A stretch of 64,000 nucleotides of DNA from positions 16,494,001-16,558,000 of the forward strand of contig NC_058368.1 in NCBI RefSeq assembly GCF_018350175.1, written 5' to 3'. Origin of the DNA: Felis catus (lineage: Eukaryota). Numbering within the stretch: position 1 is the stretch's first letter; the number at the start of each line of letters is the position of its first letter. The notes below the pieces were generated by a model, which was not told the origin of the DNA, made no database searches, and saw only the letters and a list, made by a program, of their open reading frames with translations. Both the position numbers and the translations under genes were made by a program. Shown piece by piece: positions 1 to 13,100 of the stretch.

Positions 1-70
1 CCGTTCATGCTCTGTTTCTCTCTGTCCCAAAAATAAATAATAAAAAAAAAAGAAACGTTGAAAAAAAAAT
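1..70 (+). mobile_element. 3' end and tail of young felid Can-SINE
   Basis: ccgttcatgctctgtttctctctgtcccaaaaataaataa...aaacgttgaaaa, same end as copies at 2917, 30817, 52766. Confidence 0.85.
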
Positions 71-233
71 TTAACTATATATTTATTACAAAGAGAAAAA
101 TGTCATTACTCAGAACTGAACAAGAAGTGATCTTTTACTAACCAAAACTTTAAGTTTTTTCTAAGGCAGACACAAGGGAAAACAAAACAATGTAAGTAAA
201 TAAGTTCCTATATTAAATGCATATTTTTTATAG

Positions 234-443
234 TTTTTTAAAAAATATTTATTTTTGAGAGAGAGAGAGACACAGGGCACAAGCAGGGGAGGGGGCAGAG
301 AGAGGGAGACACAGAATCCGAAGCAGGCTCCAGGCTCTGAGGGGTCGGCACAGAGAGCAATGTGGGGCTCAAACTCATGAACAGTGAGATAATGACCTGA
401 GCCTAAGTCGGACGCTTAACCGACTGAGCCACCCAGGAGCCCC
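234..443 (-). mobile_element. Can-SINE
   Basis: tRNA-derived head (GGGGCTCCTGGGTGGCTCAGTCGGTTAAG on minus), CT tract, A tail; flanked by ttaaatg(c/t)atattt TSD. Confidence 0.9.
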
Positions 444-639
444 TTAAATGTATATTTAAGTGATAGATGCAACTTGAAGTGGGTTCTGAATTCAATGTAA
501 TTTCATTCCAGATTTCTCTAGGTTTCAAAAGCTGTCAACGATTTTAACTTATTAACCATAAAATTCAACTTTGAAAAATATTTCAAGAAATTTTGTAAAA
601 AAATAAATATGACCATACTAAAAAGTATTCATATTTCAA

Positions 640-830
640 AGTTTATTTATTTTTAGAGAGAGAGAATGCGCACAAGTGGGTGAGGGGCAGAAAGAGAGGG
701 GGAGAGAGAGAGACTCCCAGGCAGGCTCCGTGCTGTCAGCATGGGCAGTGCCCAATGTAGGGCTTGAGTCCATCACCATGAGATCATGACCTGAGCTGGA
801 CACTTAACTGACTGAGTGACCAGGCACCCC
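640..830 (-). mobile_element. Can-SINE
   Basis: Diverged head, body and tail; ttcatattt repeated on both flanks. Confidence 0.85.
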
Positions 831-1771
831 AAAGGCGTTCATATTTTACAAGAAATGTCCTAGTATTAGAGATACAGTAAAATAACTGATAAAATATGTG
901 AAAATATACCAAGAATAAATATTCTGTTGATGAGTTTTAATATTCAGTAAATCATTGTGAAATTTTAGTTTTGTAAATATACGGACATCTTTAATTTTGT
1001 CTTTTATAAGGGGATTCATCTTTGAAAATAATTTTTGAGTGAAACTGTTTTATAAGACCACAAATATAATAATAATTTATTGGTCCATAAATAACTTTTT
1101 TAAATTATGTCATTTTAATTGTCTTAGAGTTTCCTCTTACTCTAAAATGTATTCTAAATTCAACAATAAATTATATGCTGTCTTTACCATTAATTGCTTG
1201 ATGCCCAGCTGGTCAGAGAACACTAGACATCGGGGACAGTTTGATCTTAAATGTCCCCACTGTAGGAGTGTGTGGGGCCTCTGACCAGCTGGCCAGGCAG
1301 GCACACATCAGTGTTTATACATGTCCCAAAGGAAAGGCTCTGGGCTTCTCTTATTCATTAAGGAAAGTAGTAATAAAACAAAAACACTGTTAAAAAATTG
1401 CCTGTTACATGCCTACTTCAATGATTCCATGGTGTTTGAAAATTGGGAGTTTTCTTACCCTATCATCACTTCTACATTTACTAAGTCGTATTCCTCTGTA
1501 TGTAAAAATATTCCCCTCCTCCTTTTTATTATTGCGTATCACTATGGACCCATGGATTCTTCCATTATTTTTTAACATGTTGTGATGCATTGCAATAATT
1601 ATTAATTTTGAACTTATTGAGGTATAAGATACATTTATTAAAATGCACAAATGTTAATGTGATGCTTGATATATTTTTGAAATGTGTATGCACCTGTGTA
1701 ACATAACACAGGTAAAAATCCAGAAAAGTGACTGCACTTCATGAATCTTCCTCTTGTCACCTCCTAGTCAT

Positions 1772-1779
<8 letters not shown>

Positions 1780-1822
<43 letters not shown>
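1780..1822. repeat. (TG)n microsatellite
   Basis: Direct inspection. Confidence 0.95.
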
Positions 1823-1824
<2 letters not shown>

Positions 1825-2030
1825 TTATTTATTTATTTATTTTGAGAGACAAAGTGCAAGTGGGGGAGGGGCAGAGAAAGAGGATCCCAATCCCAAGCAG
1901 GCTCCCCACTGCCAGAGCAGAGCCTGACGTGGAGCCTGAACCCACAAACCATGAGACCAACGGCGAGATTATGACCTGACCTGAAACCAAGAGTCAGATG
2001 CTTATCTGACTGAGCCACCCAGGTGCCCCC
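1823..2030 (-). mobile_element. Can-SINE
   Basis: Head GGGGGCACCTGGGTGGCTCAGTCAG on minus; (TTTA)n tail. Confidence 0.9.
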
Positions 2031-2829
2031 ATTACATTTTGTGATCACAAATCTAACTGCTATCACTATAGATTACTTGTACATACTTTTCACTTTATAT
2101 AAATGAATCATAAAGTATGTACTGTTTACATCTAGCTTTCTTTGTGCAACATCAGCTCTTTGAAATACATCAATATTGTTAGTAATCATTTTTGTAATTT
2201 CAAGTCTGCATAATGTTTTCATTTATGAAGATAGGACAATTTATTTAACATTCTCTTCTTGATAACATTTGTGTGATTTCCAGTTTCTATTTGTGGCCAG
2301 GAATATTGCTCCTATGCACATTTTTTGTCCGTGTCTGCTAATACATATCTAGGAATGTAATTTCTGGGTCAAATACTTTTCTTAAGCTGTTATAGCAATT
2401 TTCCTATCACAAATTATACCGGGTATTGCCAATTATCCACCTATAAGTCTATATATCTCCCTATTTGTTTATGCCATTCCTTATGTCAAGAAATCATTTT
2501 GAATTCTTTTATTTATTATTTATTATCAAGGATGGGTGTTGAATTTTCCTAAGGCCTTTTCCACCTCTATGGAGATGATTATATAATTGTTCCCCTTACT
2601 CCTAAAAATATGGTAAATTAAATGAATGGATTTCTTTACATTGAAACATTCTGCTTTCCGGAAATAAATCCCATTTGGTCAAATGTGTAATATTTTTAGT
2701 AAGACTAAAATTTTTATTTACATTTTTTGTGTCTATGTTCAGAAGTGAGATTGATTTATAATCTTTACTATGCTGTCTGCAACAAATTTCTGTTTGAATA
2801 CTGTGCTTGCTTCATAAAAAGCATATGAG

Positions 2830-3440
2830 TTCTGTCTTCCTTTGGGAGACAGGGAGATGTGCCACTCAGACCTTTCTTCGAGAGGATTTACTGCCTGCCC
2901 ATAAAAAGTGTGGTCCGGGGGCGCCTGGGTGGCGCAGTCGACTTCAGCCAGGTCACGATCTCGCGGTTCATGAGTTGGAGCCCCGCGTCGGGCTCTGGGC
3001 TGATGGCTCAGAGCCTGGAGCCTGTTTCCGATTCTGTGTCTCCCTCTCTCTCTGCCCCTCCCCCGTTCATGCTCTGTCTCTCTCTGTCCCAAAAATAGAT
3101 AAACGTTGAAAAAAAAAAAGTGTGGTCCGTTAACAGGCCCCAGCTCCCCTCAGTTCGGAGCCCAGGTCCTCCTCAGTTTCGGAGCCCAGGACAATGACTG
3201 CACAAGTAAGCTAGACAAGAGCCGAGCTCTTTCCACACAACCTGGGAGACCTCGAGTAGATAAGTTTCCTCTGAGCTCCCCTTTACACTGGCAGGGATTT
3301 TTGTCAGTTCTGTATCATGGTCTAATAGCTTCCCTTTCTCAATCCTGCTTCCTCCCCTTTTACTTTCAGAATGTCATTTTCCAATAAATCTTTTGCAATC
3401 ATCTAATTTTATCTGCTTCTTGAAGAATCCAAAATGTGAT
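2830..3440 (+). mobile_element. Degraded ERVL-type LTR (LTR16/LTR33-like), interrupted by SINE
   Basis: Ends with ccaataaatcttttgca...tctgcttcttgaagaatccaaa, resembling ERVL LTR 3' ends; family assignment from memory only. Confidence 0.4.
2917..3119 (+). mobile_element. Young felid Can-SINE (SINEC_Fc-like) with 12-bp internal deletion
   Basis: CpG-rich; TSD aaaaagtgtggtcc on both sides. Confidence 0.93.
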
Positions 3441-4159
3441 TGACCCGTTTTCCACACCGTGGGGGAAAAATAAGTAGCACTGAAATCATCTGATATTTGA
3501 ACGTTCAAAACTGTCCTGTGAAACCCATCAAGAATGCTCTTCTTGTATGGGATAGTTATTCGATAACATTTCCTATTTATTGCATACCAATTAGCTTGGC
3601 TTTTCTATCAATAACAGGGTCAGTTTGTATAAACTGTATTTTCCTGGGAAGTTATTCAGTTCATCTGAGTTCTTTTGGAAAAGACAGCTATACAAATGCA
3701 AGAATTTAGGAAATGCTAGGCTCACAGTGTCCTTCCTGAGGAATCTACTATGGGATGAGATGATGGGGTACATAGAAAAGGATGAACAGTGGGCATTAAA
3801 TGTATGTAACAGTTCATCAAAGGTCAATACAAAGTTAGGAAAATGTACATTTTTAAATGTTCTTAAAAGGAAAAAAAAAACCGAGAGAGACTGATGGAGA
3901 GAAAGGAAGGTATGGAGCAAAAGGGTTTATGCTTAACCAGCTAATAGACCAGAAGCCTTAGTGAAGCAAAAGAGGGACACAAAGGTTTTATGAAAGGTAT
4001 TAATATAAAATACAAACTATACTAAATAACAAGAAAATACAGGTTTTGATGACCTTCAAGTCTTCCCCTCCACTATGGCAAAGATACATTTTCCAAAATA
4101 TTAATCTCTCGGACAATTCCCTTTCTTAAAATGTCACCATGGCTTATAACTACTGGGAT

Positions 4160-4280
4160 TCAATAATTCACTCATACATCAATCAACAAATATTTATTGA
4201 CTGTGTTGTCTGGCGCTGTATTAGGCTCTGAGAAATTAGGAAACGAAGCTGAAACAGTCCACACCCTCAAAAAGATGACT
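4160..4280 (-). mobile_element. L2 3' end fragment
   Basis: tcaacaaatatttattga...gctgtattaggctctgag, typical antisense L2 end. Confidence 0.6.
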
Positions 4281-4446
4281 GTTATACTTGCCACATTGCC
4301 ATGTCTCTCAACAAACTGAAAAATGTTTACTAATTCATTATAAATCCACCACCATAATAGCTAACATGTGGAATACTCAGAATAATAAGAAACAAGTGTT
4401 CGCGACATCACTTCAGATACAAGTTTTCATTGTTCTGAAAATTTTC

Positions 4447-4481
4447 TTTTTTTAAACTTTTTAAAAATGTTTTTATTTTTG

Positions 4482-4537
<56 letters not shown>

Positions 4538-4716
4538 CATGAGTGGGGGAGGGGCAGAGAGAGAGGGAGACACAGAATCCAAAGCAGGCTCCAGGCTCTG
4601 AGCTGTCAGCACGGAGCCCGATGTGGGGCTCAAACTCACGAACCATGAGATCATGACCTGATCTGATGACCTGAGCCGAAGTCGGTCGCTTAACCGATTG
4701 AGCCAACAGGTGCCCC
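4447..4716 (-). mobile_element. Can-SINE with expanded (GA)n
   Basis: Full body; TSD tc(t/c)gaaaattttc. Confidence 0.92.
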
Positions 4717-5742
4717 TAATCCGAAAATTTTCCAAGTATTTGCCAAAATCTCAGGGTAGTGTTTCTGTCTTACATTCTCTATAATGGACCAGTAGAGTTA
4801 GAATAAACTATTAACTGTGAAAATATGCTATAAACATAAGAATTATTTGGTAACTTTCACTCAGTATTAACAAGAATTTAGTGTTCTGCAACATTTTACA
4901 TTCCTTAACAAGTAGCAAATACACTGGGAGCTGAAAAATGTAGAATAAGTAGTTCTTTTAGAAATGTTAGAATATTTGGGCTACTATTCTTTTTTTCTAA
5001 CTTAGCAAAATGCCTGACAGTATGTGCTCTATGCCATGATACCGTTTGCAAAGGGTGATGTCATAGAATCAGATGTCTGAGCTTTCCATTGAGCAAATGA
5101 ATCAAGTGCAGATGGCAAAGGAACCGACCACAGAAGGTGAGAAACAATGGGAGGTAAAAGAGGCCCTTCAGTGTTTTGCTCTTGCAGCTTGGACATTGAT
5201 CAGTTGGTTCAACTTTGCTGTGTATTAAATACTCAGAAATTTTAAAAAGTCTAAAATATAAGGCATTGGATCTCAGAAACCCTTAGAAAATCCAGAAAAT
5301 GGGCTGGCTCCCTCTTTTCCATGCTTCACTTTCAAACCAATCTATGTGGTTCTGACCTCTCTCCTTTGCTTTATACATTATCTTCAAGATGCAACTCTTC
5401 CTCTTCCCTCTTGGGCTTCTAATGTTGCAAGTGAAGAGCGTACTTCCCAACATTAAAATAAATAAGTAGGTCACTGTAGGTGCTTGGTAGCTACTACTTA
5501 AAAATGATTTTGATAGAAACATAGTTAAAAACTTTTTTTTACTTTTCCATTTGGCATAGTTAAGGACAGATGTGCATATCATGAGCATAATACTGTAGAT
5601 GAAAAATCACACTATGCTTGACTTACTTTGGCTAAAGTAAAATCTATAGACATAAAAGCGTTACACCCAGGCAAACATATATGCATAAAAATTTATACTC
5701 AGATCACTAATAAACAAACAATACATAACAGAAAAATTAAAG

Positions 5743-5930
5743 TTTTTCAAATGTTTGTTTTTGAGAGAGAGAGAGAGAGAGAATGAGCAGGGGAGGAGTA
5801 GAGAAAGGGGTACAGAGGAACTGAAGGAGGCTCTGTGCTGACAGCAGACAGCCCGGTGAGGGTCTCAAACTCAATGAACCGCGAGATCATGACTGTTGGA
5901 CACTTAAACAACTGAGCCACCCAGGCACCC
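5743..5930 (-). mobile_element. Can-SINE
   Basis: Diverged head and (GA)n tract. Confidence 0.85.
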
Positions 5931-7383
5931 ACCATTTTTTAAAATATAAATTCAAGTGACTTAATGGCATATTTGACCCAGTAATCTACAACTATAAGTA
6001 GAACAGGCAATTAAAAGAGGCTCCTGAAACCAAGTAAATTTTTTTTTTATATTGCATAGCTGTAAGATTGCTCTGGCCTTTCTTCTGTTTAAGCTTTATG
6101 AATGAATATTTGTTCAATGCTTTTTGGTCATCCTTACCATACCATTAGCTACATTATTTACTGAATCATTTATGGCACATAAAATTAAAAGTGACAAATA
6201 ACATAAGGAACCTATTAACTCATAAATGGATTGCTTTTCTCAAATTTATCCAAATTCTTCACCTTGAAGTGATTCAGCACCAGTCAAAAGCATATAGTTT
6301 AAAATCTAGAGTGTGATATTCTACCCAAATATAGATATGTCTCTTTGTCACTAAAATAGATACTTTTGAACTATTAATACTGACATATACATTTCTAGGA
6401 GGGAAATTTATCCTAGAGTAACATCCATTCCAATTTAAGAGTATTTATTCCCTTAAATTAAGCATTATTAAAGTGGGTTGCATAAATTGAGTAAAAGAAA
6501 TTTACTTATATAATATTATTTGGTGTATCCTAAATTACTAAGACTAAATATATCCACGTTCTAAATTGTATATATGCTTAATTAGTTAATTATCTTGTGA
6601 ATGTTTCTTAATATCTCTGCTATATGAAAAAGAATATCCCCTGTAACATGAAATTTCTATGATTCAATCAATTTTTAAGAATTCCAGTTGATGGCACTTT
6701 AATAGAAAATGTATGAGGCCTTTTTAAAAGCGCTTCAATAAAAACTTGTTGAATTCTTTAGTTTAATCTTCCTTTGGAATCAATATTTTTTATCTAATGT
6801 GTCAAAACCTACAATTTTTAAAACTCAAGATTATGAATATTAAATTTATCTTTTTCATTTGCTCAGTCTAACTCAAATCAACATAAGGGAGTTTCAACTT
6901 AGAGTTATGTTTAAAAATTCATTTAATGTCAATTATTTAGAATTTGAAATTTTCACACACACATACACACACACACACACACACAAACCAAGTAGTTGTC
7001 AAATGAATGAATAAATGAATGAATGAAGAGATGGATGGATGAACAAATGAATGGTTAGGTTACAATCTTATCTAAACAAAGTCAACTTTATTGTAGGCCC
7101 ATATTGCTGCCTGGAAAGACTAAACAGAATTCAAAATTCTGTGCAGAAAAAATAACTCCCTTCGCTCCTGGTCTCAGCACAGGACCAAATAATGATTTAT
7201 CGGTATGTTCACAGCTGATCGATAAAGAGCAAAGATTCTTGTGCTTTCCACTACTTCTGAGCAGCTGAAAATTTAAAGACATTAATAGTTTGATCTGACA
7301 TCTAAAGAAACCTTAATCCATAAAATAGTTATAAAAAACAGCTTAAAAGGAATCAGGCACTATTATATACATATGGTTCTAAA

Positions 7384-7869
7384 TCAAAGTTTCTTAAATT
7401 TTCGTGTACCACAGAGTCTTTTGAAAATATGGAGCATCCTGTGGATGCTTATTCAGAAAGAATACTTCTAAACATAAATGCATAATATTATACAGTAAAA
7501 AGTATTTAAATATATTTAAAATCTATTTAAAGACTAATATGTGATGTAGTAACATATTCTTTTCTATTAATGCGCTATATACAAAGACCTATTGGCAGGT
7601 AATTAGACTAATTTTGAAATAATGATCAGCATGTAAATACATCAAGTATATGTTAAAATGGTAATATGAGTGGAAAATATCTATGATTTCTACTATTGAC
7701 AAAGACACAAGAATTTCTAGCAAAACTAACTTTTTGGCCTATGTTCATGATCGAAGGAAATTATATATTCTACTTAGAAGTTAGTAAAAATAAAGATGGA
7801 TTTTTTTCTCTCCCCGTTCACAGATATCCTTGAGTTTTATCTATTGCATCTTTAAGTTAAGAAGCTCTT
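7384..7869 (+). mobile_element. hAT DNA transposon, Charlie4a-like, near full length
   Basis: Decayed TIRs (caaagtttcttaa ... ttaagaagctctt); internal motifs gaaaatatctatgatttcta, aaaaataaagatg match recalled Charlie4a consensus; about 490 bp. Confidence 0.7.
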
Positions 7870-8523
7870 CAAGTCTGACTTAATTAGAATTGGAAAGCTC
7901 AAATGAGAATTTTAACTGGAAAGCACTAACCAGAGAGTTGTTTTTATGGAAAGGTAATTAGAGAATTTGAAGGACTTGTTGGAAAGAAAAGAAAGAAAGC
8001 ATTATTTTTGAAATAAAAAAGTTACACTTTTCATCTCAATTTCAAGATAGAATGTTATATGGTTACAAATGTCCTATAATGTCAAGTGGAACAAATAGGT
8101 CACGACACACACACATGCATGTGCACACACATACATACACACAAAGATGTTTACTTCATGAAGGAAAATCCTGGTGATTTGAGGAGAAATCCAGAAGACT
8201 TAACATGTAAGTAAATGATATTTAAGGGGAAAAGAGGGAACAGATAGAGAAAAAAAATGACCAAAAATGAGCACAAATATCAAGGGAAATTTTCCTATTC
8301 TAAGGAAATGTTGAGTCTGGACACTGAGAGGGCTCATCAGGTCTTTGGCTGAAACAATGAAAACAATGACATACAATTAGACACATCCTGCTGATATCTG
8401 AGACTTCCAAGTTTTTTTTTTTAAGAGAAAGAATGTAAAATGATCGGTCTATAAAAATGAGTAGTTGACAACGGAGATTCAACTAATATCAAACTTCTTA
8501 TCTTTTCTTATTAAAATCTGCAA

Positions 8524-8684
8524 GGGGCTCCTGGGTTGCTCTGTCCGTTAAGTGACCAACTTCAGCTCAGGTCATGATCTCACAGTTTGTGAGTTCGAGC
8601 CCAGCACCGGACTCTGTGCTGACAGCTCAGAGCCTGGAGCCTGCTTCACATTCTGTGTCTCCTCCTCTCTCTGCCCTTCAACTT

Positions 8685-8732
<48 letters not shown>

Positions 8733-8757
8733 AAAAATGACTACACATTAAAAAAAT
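8524..8757 (+). mobile_element. Can-SINE
   Basis: ggggctcctgggttgctc..., (CT)n, A tail; taaaatct on both flanks. Confidence 0.9.
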
Positions 8758-9427
8758 AAAATCTACCAGACATATCATTGTATCTATTACATAATTTTTA
8801 GTAAAAGATTGTGATTCAAGAACACCGCATCTAGCCAAGTTATCATCACTCTCCTGTTTGGATAAAAGACGCATGTTGTTATACTAGAATTCAGAAGGTA
8901 CATCACTCATATATCTTATAGGAGCAACTTTTCCAGAAAGTATTGTAAGCAAATATTAAGTGATTCACCTCCAGTAGGTAGGAAGAAATAGTTTGAGCAA
9001 TGAGTCTTGCAATACTGGAGTTAATTCAAATGTCTATTTGTATGGTGCCTGGGGTTTGGTAATATAGTTAATAAGTAAGATACTTGAAGCAGAAGAGACA
9101 GAAAGAGACTATCCAAAAACAGTTTGGAATTTAGTTTTAAACTATTTCATTGTAACCCAGGAATTGGTGGGTAGGATTTGAGGTTGGAGAATAAAAAACA
9201 AAATAGCAATTTATTTTCCTTAGTCTCCTATAAACAACATAGGTCTTCCTTAATTTAGTTTATGTGTGTGTGGGACTCTTTTAATAAGGTGCAACTGGCC
9301 TGTTCATAATATCATATTAATATTATTATCATGAATAATAATAGTATTAGTTTTGCCTTCCTATTATTTTATACTTGTTTATTTTCTTGGTTTCAGTTCT
9401 TTTATTTTTTGAAAAAATTCTAATGTT

Positions 9428-9539
9428 ATTTAATTAATTAATTAATTTTAAGTAGGCTCTACTCCTATCGTGGTGCTTGAACTCACAGCCTTGAGATCAA
9501 GAGTTGCATGCTCTACCAACTCAGCCAGCCAGGAACCTC
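9428..9539 (-). mobile_element. Short tRNA-like Can-SINE (old short form)
   Basis: Minus strand GGTTCCTGGCTGGCTGAGTTGGTAGAGCATGCAACTCTTGATCTC...GTTCAAGC, no CT tract. Confidence 0.75.
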
Positions 9540-9802
9540 TACTTTTGTATTTTAAATAAGAAATAAATACACCAAGAATTTAGGGGTTAACAAAGTAAGA
9601 AATCCTCTTCCAAAAAAAAATCCCCAAAGTCAAAAGGAAAATGAAGATACAGTTAACAATTCTCTAGAAAGGAGACAACCACAATAATTATTAGCAAGTT
9701 GAATCCAACAGGTTATGAAAAGAATAAAACCGTGTAAAAATAGTGTTTATTTCAGGAATGTAAATACTTTTGATTATCATTATATTTTTCACTATAATTC
9801 AT

Positions 9803-9807
<5 letters not shown>

Positions 9808-9850
<43 letters not shown>
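9808..9850. repeat. (TG)n microsatellite
   Basis: Direct inspection. Confidence 0.95.
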
Positions 9851-9853
<3 letters not shown>

Positions 9854-9859
9854 ATTGCA

Positions 9860-10080
9860 TCGACTCTGGAATCAGAGTGCCTGGGTTTACAAAGAGGTTT
9901 TACCTTGCACTAGCTATGTGGCCTTGGCCAAGTTACTGCACCTCTCTGTGCTTCACTTTTTTATCTGTCTAATGGGCCAATAAAGTATCTACTGTAGCAC
10001 TGTTATGAGAGATTGCAGGTTTTTGTGGTAAAGCATTTAGAACAGTGCATGGCCCTTGGCGGGAGCTTAATATGCATCTA
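9860..10080 (+). mobile_element. MIR
   Basis: ctagctatgtggccttggccaagttac...ctctctgtgcttcact...gtaaagcatttagaacagtgc core. Confidence 0.75.
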
Positions 10081-10109
10081 CCACTGTTCCTAACTATGAT
10101 AAAAAATAT

Positions 10110-11940
10110 TTACCAAAAACCAAGAGAGAACTTCCTGATAAAGAGTGAAAGTTTTATTAAAGGTCTATTAAAATTAAAAATAAATGAAATGTTTATTTTA
10201 CCATTATTAGTCAACATTTTGGAGTTTCTACCTAATGCAATAAGATTAGGAAATACAATATTAGTAAAAATACTAAAACACAAATTTATCTCCATTTGGA
10301 ATATTACATGATCATATATTTTGAAAAACTAAGAGACTCTAAGAAGCATTAATAGCTTAATACAAGATTCACATACAAAAATCCGTATTTTCTCTATATT
10401 AGCAATGTAAGTTATAAACAGAACTGATTACATGAAGAATGAAAAAGTGGTCATTATTAAAGAGATACAATATACAAAATTTATGAACAAAAACTGAATA
10501 AAAATTAATAAAACTTATAAGAAGAAATAATTAAATGGTATAGAGCACAAAATAAGATCCAAAATATAGGGAAATATTATGTTTCTGGATAGATAGACCT
10601 AATATGTTAATTAGGACAATTGTCTCAAAAAGAATACATACATTTAATGGCATTTCACTTAGGATATTTTTTATTTGTGCTATTTTATATATAACTTGAT
10701 AAAATTATTTTATTATTTAATATGGAAGAATATGTATCCAATAATTACAATACTTATGAATTGGAGATTATGATACAAGAATATAGCAAGAAATATAAAT
10801 TAGTTGAATAGAATTTTGAACAAAATTACTTCTTACTATGTATAGGAACTTCATCTGTGAAAAAGTAGAATTTCTATTCAGCTGGAAAAAGTTGTTCATA
10901 TATTACATGGCACTGTAACAATTCTCTAACCAAATAAACAAAATTGTTCCCTATCCCATTTCATAACAATAAATTTCAGATGGAGTAAATATTTAAATGT
11001 AAAAAGAAAAAATGACACATTAAAAAAATATAGTTGTATAGCCCCAGGGTTGGGGAGAACTCTTGAAGCAAGATTGGAAACAGAGTATACATTTTATTAC
11101 ACATTTTTAAGTGTATTTATTTATTTTAAGAGAGAGACAGAGAGAGTGAGCGGGGGGGGGGGGGGGGTGGGGGTGGGGGAACAGAGAGAGAGAATCCCAA
11201 GCAGGCTTTGCACTGTCAGCATGGAGCCCAATGTGGGGCCTGAAATCACAAACCGTGAGATCATGTCCTGAGCCAAAACCAAGAGTAGGATGCTTAACCG
11301 ACTAAGCCACCCAGGAGCCTGTTATTACACAATTCTTAAGTAGAATGGCCAAAGATACCATAAATAAAGTCATAAAATAAACTACGGTAAAACAAATTTG
11401 CTACATATGAAGCATATTTAATCTTCATATTATACAAAGAGAATCTATAAATTGAAAATAAGGTTACAAACAACCCAATGAACAAATGTACATTATAAAC
11501 AAGTATTTCACAGAAGAAAATCAAAAGGTCAGAAACACTGGACAATTGTTCTCATTAACAGTCCAGGAAAGGCAAATTAAAACAATAATGAAGTACTTTT
11601 TCGTGCATCATACTGCCAAATTTAAGGAACTGTGGCTACAGGCTCCCTCATTCATTGAAAGCTAGAAGAATATGAACGCTAACAGCCTTGCTGGAAAGTA
11701 TCTGGTGTTTACATAAATTCTGAGAACCACAGTCTCACTTGGAGGGACCTTTCCTACAGAGAAAGAATTACCATGAGAGTATTTCTTTATATTTATTTCA
11801 TCATTGTTTGTCATTAACCGAACGTTTTCCAAACGAGAACAGGTTGAACAAATTGTGGCATATCCCTATATGAAATATTACAATACCTTGGACATCTGAA
11901 CTAGAATTAATACTCTATGTACTAATTGTGGAGCGATTGC
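10110..11940 (+). mobile_element. Highly degraded old L1 ORF2 3' region
   Basis: Collinear decayed motifs (caacattttggagtttcta; atacaaaaatc; aaatttcagatggagtaaa; caaattgtggcatatcc); interrupted by SINE at 11105. Confidence 0.65.
11105..11319 (-). mobile_element. Can-SINE with poly-G (poly-C) expansion
   Basis: Full body; ttattacaca repeated at flanks. Confidence 0.9.
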
Positions 11941-12899
11941 CCTGAGGTTTCATTTTGTCCTGTTGGAGAGCTGCAGCATAGTTATTTACATAAAGCCTCC
12001 TTATTTAGGTTCTTTAAACGTTAGTTGAGAATCTACTCTATATCAGACACTGTCCTTGGTATCACCTACTTGTATCTTAACTACTTTTTGATAAACAAAG
12101 ATATCTGTAGTTAGACCCAACTTTGTGTATTAAAATCTACTTTAAACTCCACCCTCGCATGCAGCCTATGATCTAATCATTCCAATGTCACCTATGATCT
12201 AATCATTCCAACGTCGAATGTTCCATTTGTGGTTTTCTTCTTGGTTCCTATTCCCTCCCACTTACCAAATTCTGCCAAACATTCAAAACCCAACTTAGGT
12301 CTCATCATGTCTTTGATGCCCTTTTGCAAAACTGAACTGTCTTTAACCTGCCATTTTCTCTTTGCTTGGAGGTGGGGTAAAGGGAAGGTATTACAATTAA
12401 TTTTTTACAAGAAGAGGGAAAGAGCCATTTTCAAAAAATGAGTTTGTAAGAAAAGTAAGGAAGGGGTGCATATTACACCATTTCCGATTCTCTCATCTCC
12501 TTGAAGGGCTTGAAACTACTTGCAACTTTACCTGAGCTCGGTTAGTGATATGTCCAGTATAAATAATGCAATATCAATAACTATCTTTACTTTTTTAGAG
12601 TTAATATTCATTTTACATTTTATTGGCTATATATTTTTACTATGGGCCTATTTAAAGTATACCTTAAATTAAAAATACCAGCAAATAGATATAGTTTGTA
12701 TTGATTTGAGTAAGGGCATGAAGCACACAGTAAATATAATTCTACAATAACTTGGATGACAGATTTATTTAGAACCATGATACATACTTGGACCAAATTA
12801 ACAAGGATATGGCAAAAATCATTTAGCTCATTGACACTATTAATAAAAATATGCTTGGAGTCTGATTATAGTGAGACAGGCAATAACTAACATGTATAT

Positions 12900-13100
12900 A
12901 ACTAACGAGCAATAACTTATCATGTGCCTTATCCTGGGCTAGAAGCTTTTCATACCTCATCTTAGTCGTTTTTGGAAGTGGCTGTTATTATTATCCACTT
13001 TTTACAAAAAAGGACAACAGGACTTCAAGACATTAAATAGATTGCTCATGGTCACAAGGAAACCCAGGCAGCTTGACTCCAAGTTCTAAATTTGTAATCG
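12900..13100 (-). mobile_element. MIR fragment
   Basis: ttattattatccactttttaca...ttgctcatggtcaca...aacccaggcag. Confidence 0.55.

Larger units (their letters stand above)
1565..2820 (-). mobile_element. Old L1 (L1M-type) 3' fragments, interrupted by (TG)n and a SINE
   Basis: Typical antisense L1 motifs: aacttattgaggtataa...aaaatgcacaa; ggatgggtgttgaattttc; ataaatcccatttggtca. Confidence 0.6.

Noticed and set aside
2739..3109. Recurring ORFs such as GQRETEHERGRGRERGRHR and SLEPVSDSVSPSLSAPPP (also at 30841 and 52848)
   Set aside because: Translations of Can-SINE copies.
3145..3190. Near-tandem ctc.cctcagtt(t)cggagcccagg duplication; also short duplications near 21706 and 40938
   Set aside because: Common slippage events in decayed repeats or AT-rich sequence, with no sign of function.
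9428..9539. Possible tRNA gene
   Set aside because: tRNA-derived SINE head with A-rich tail and degraded stems.
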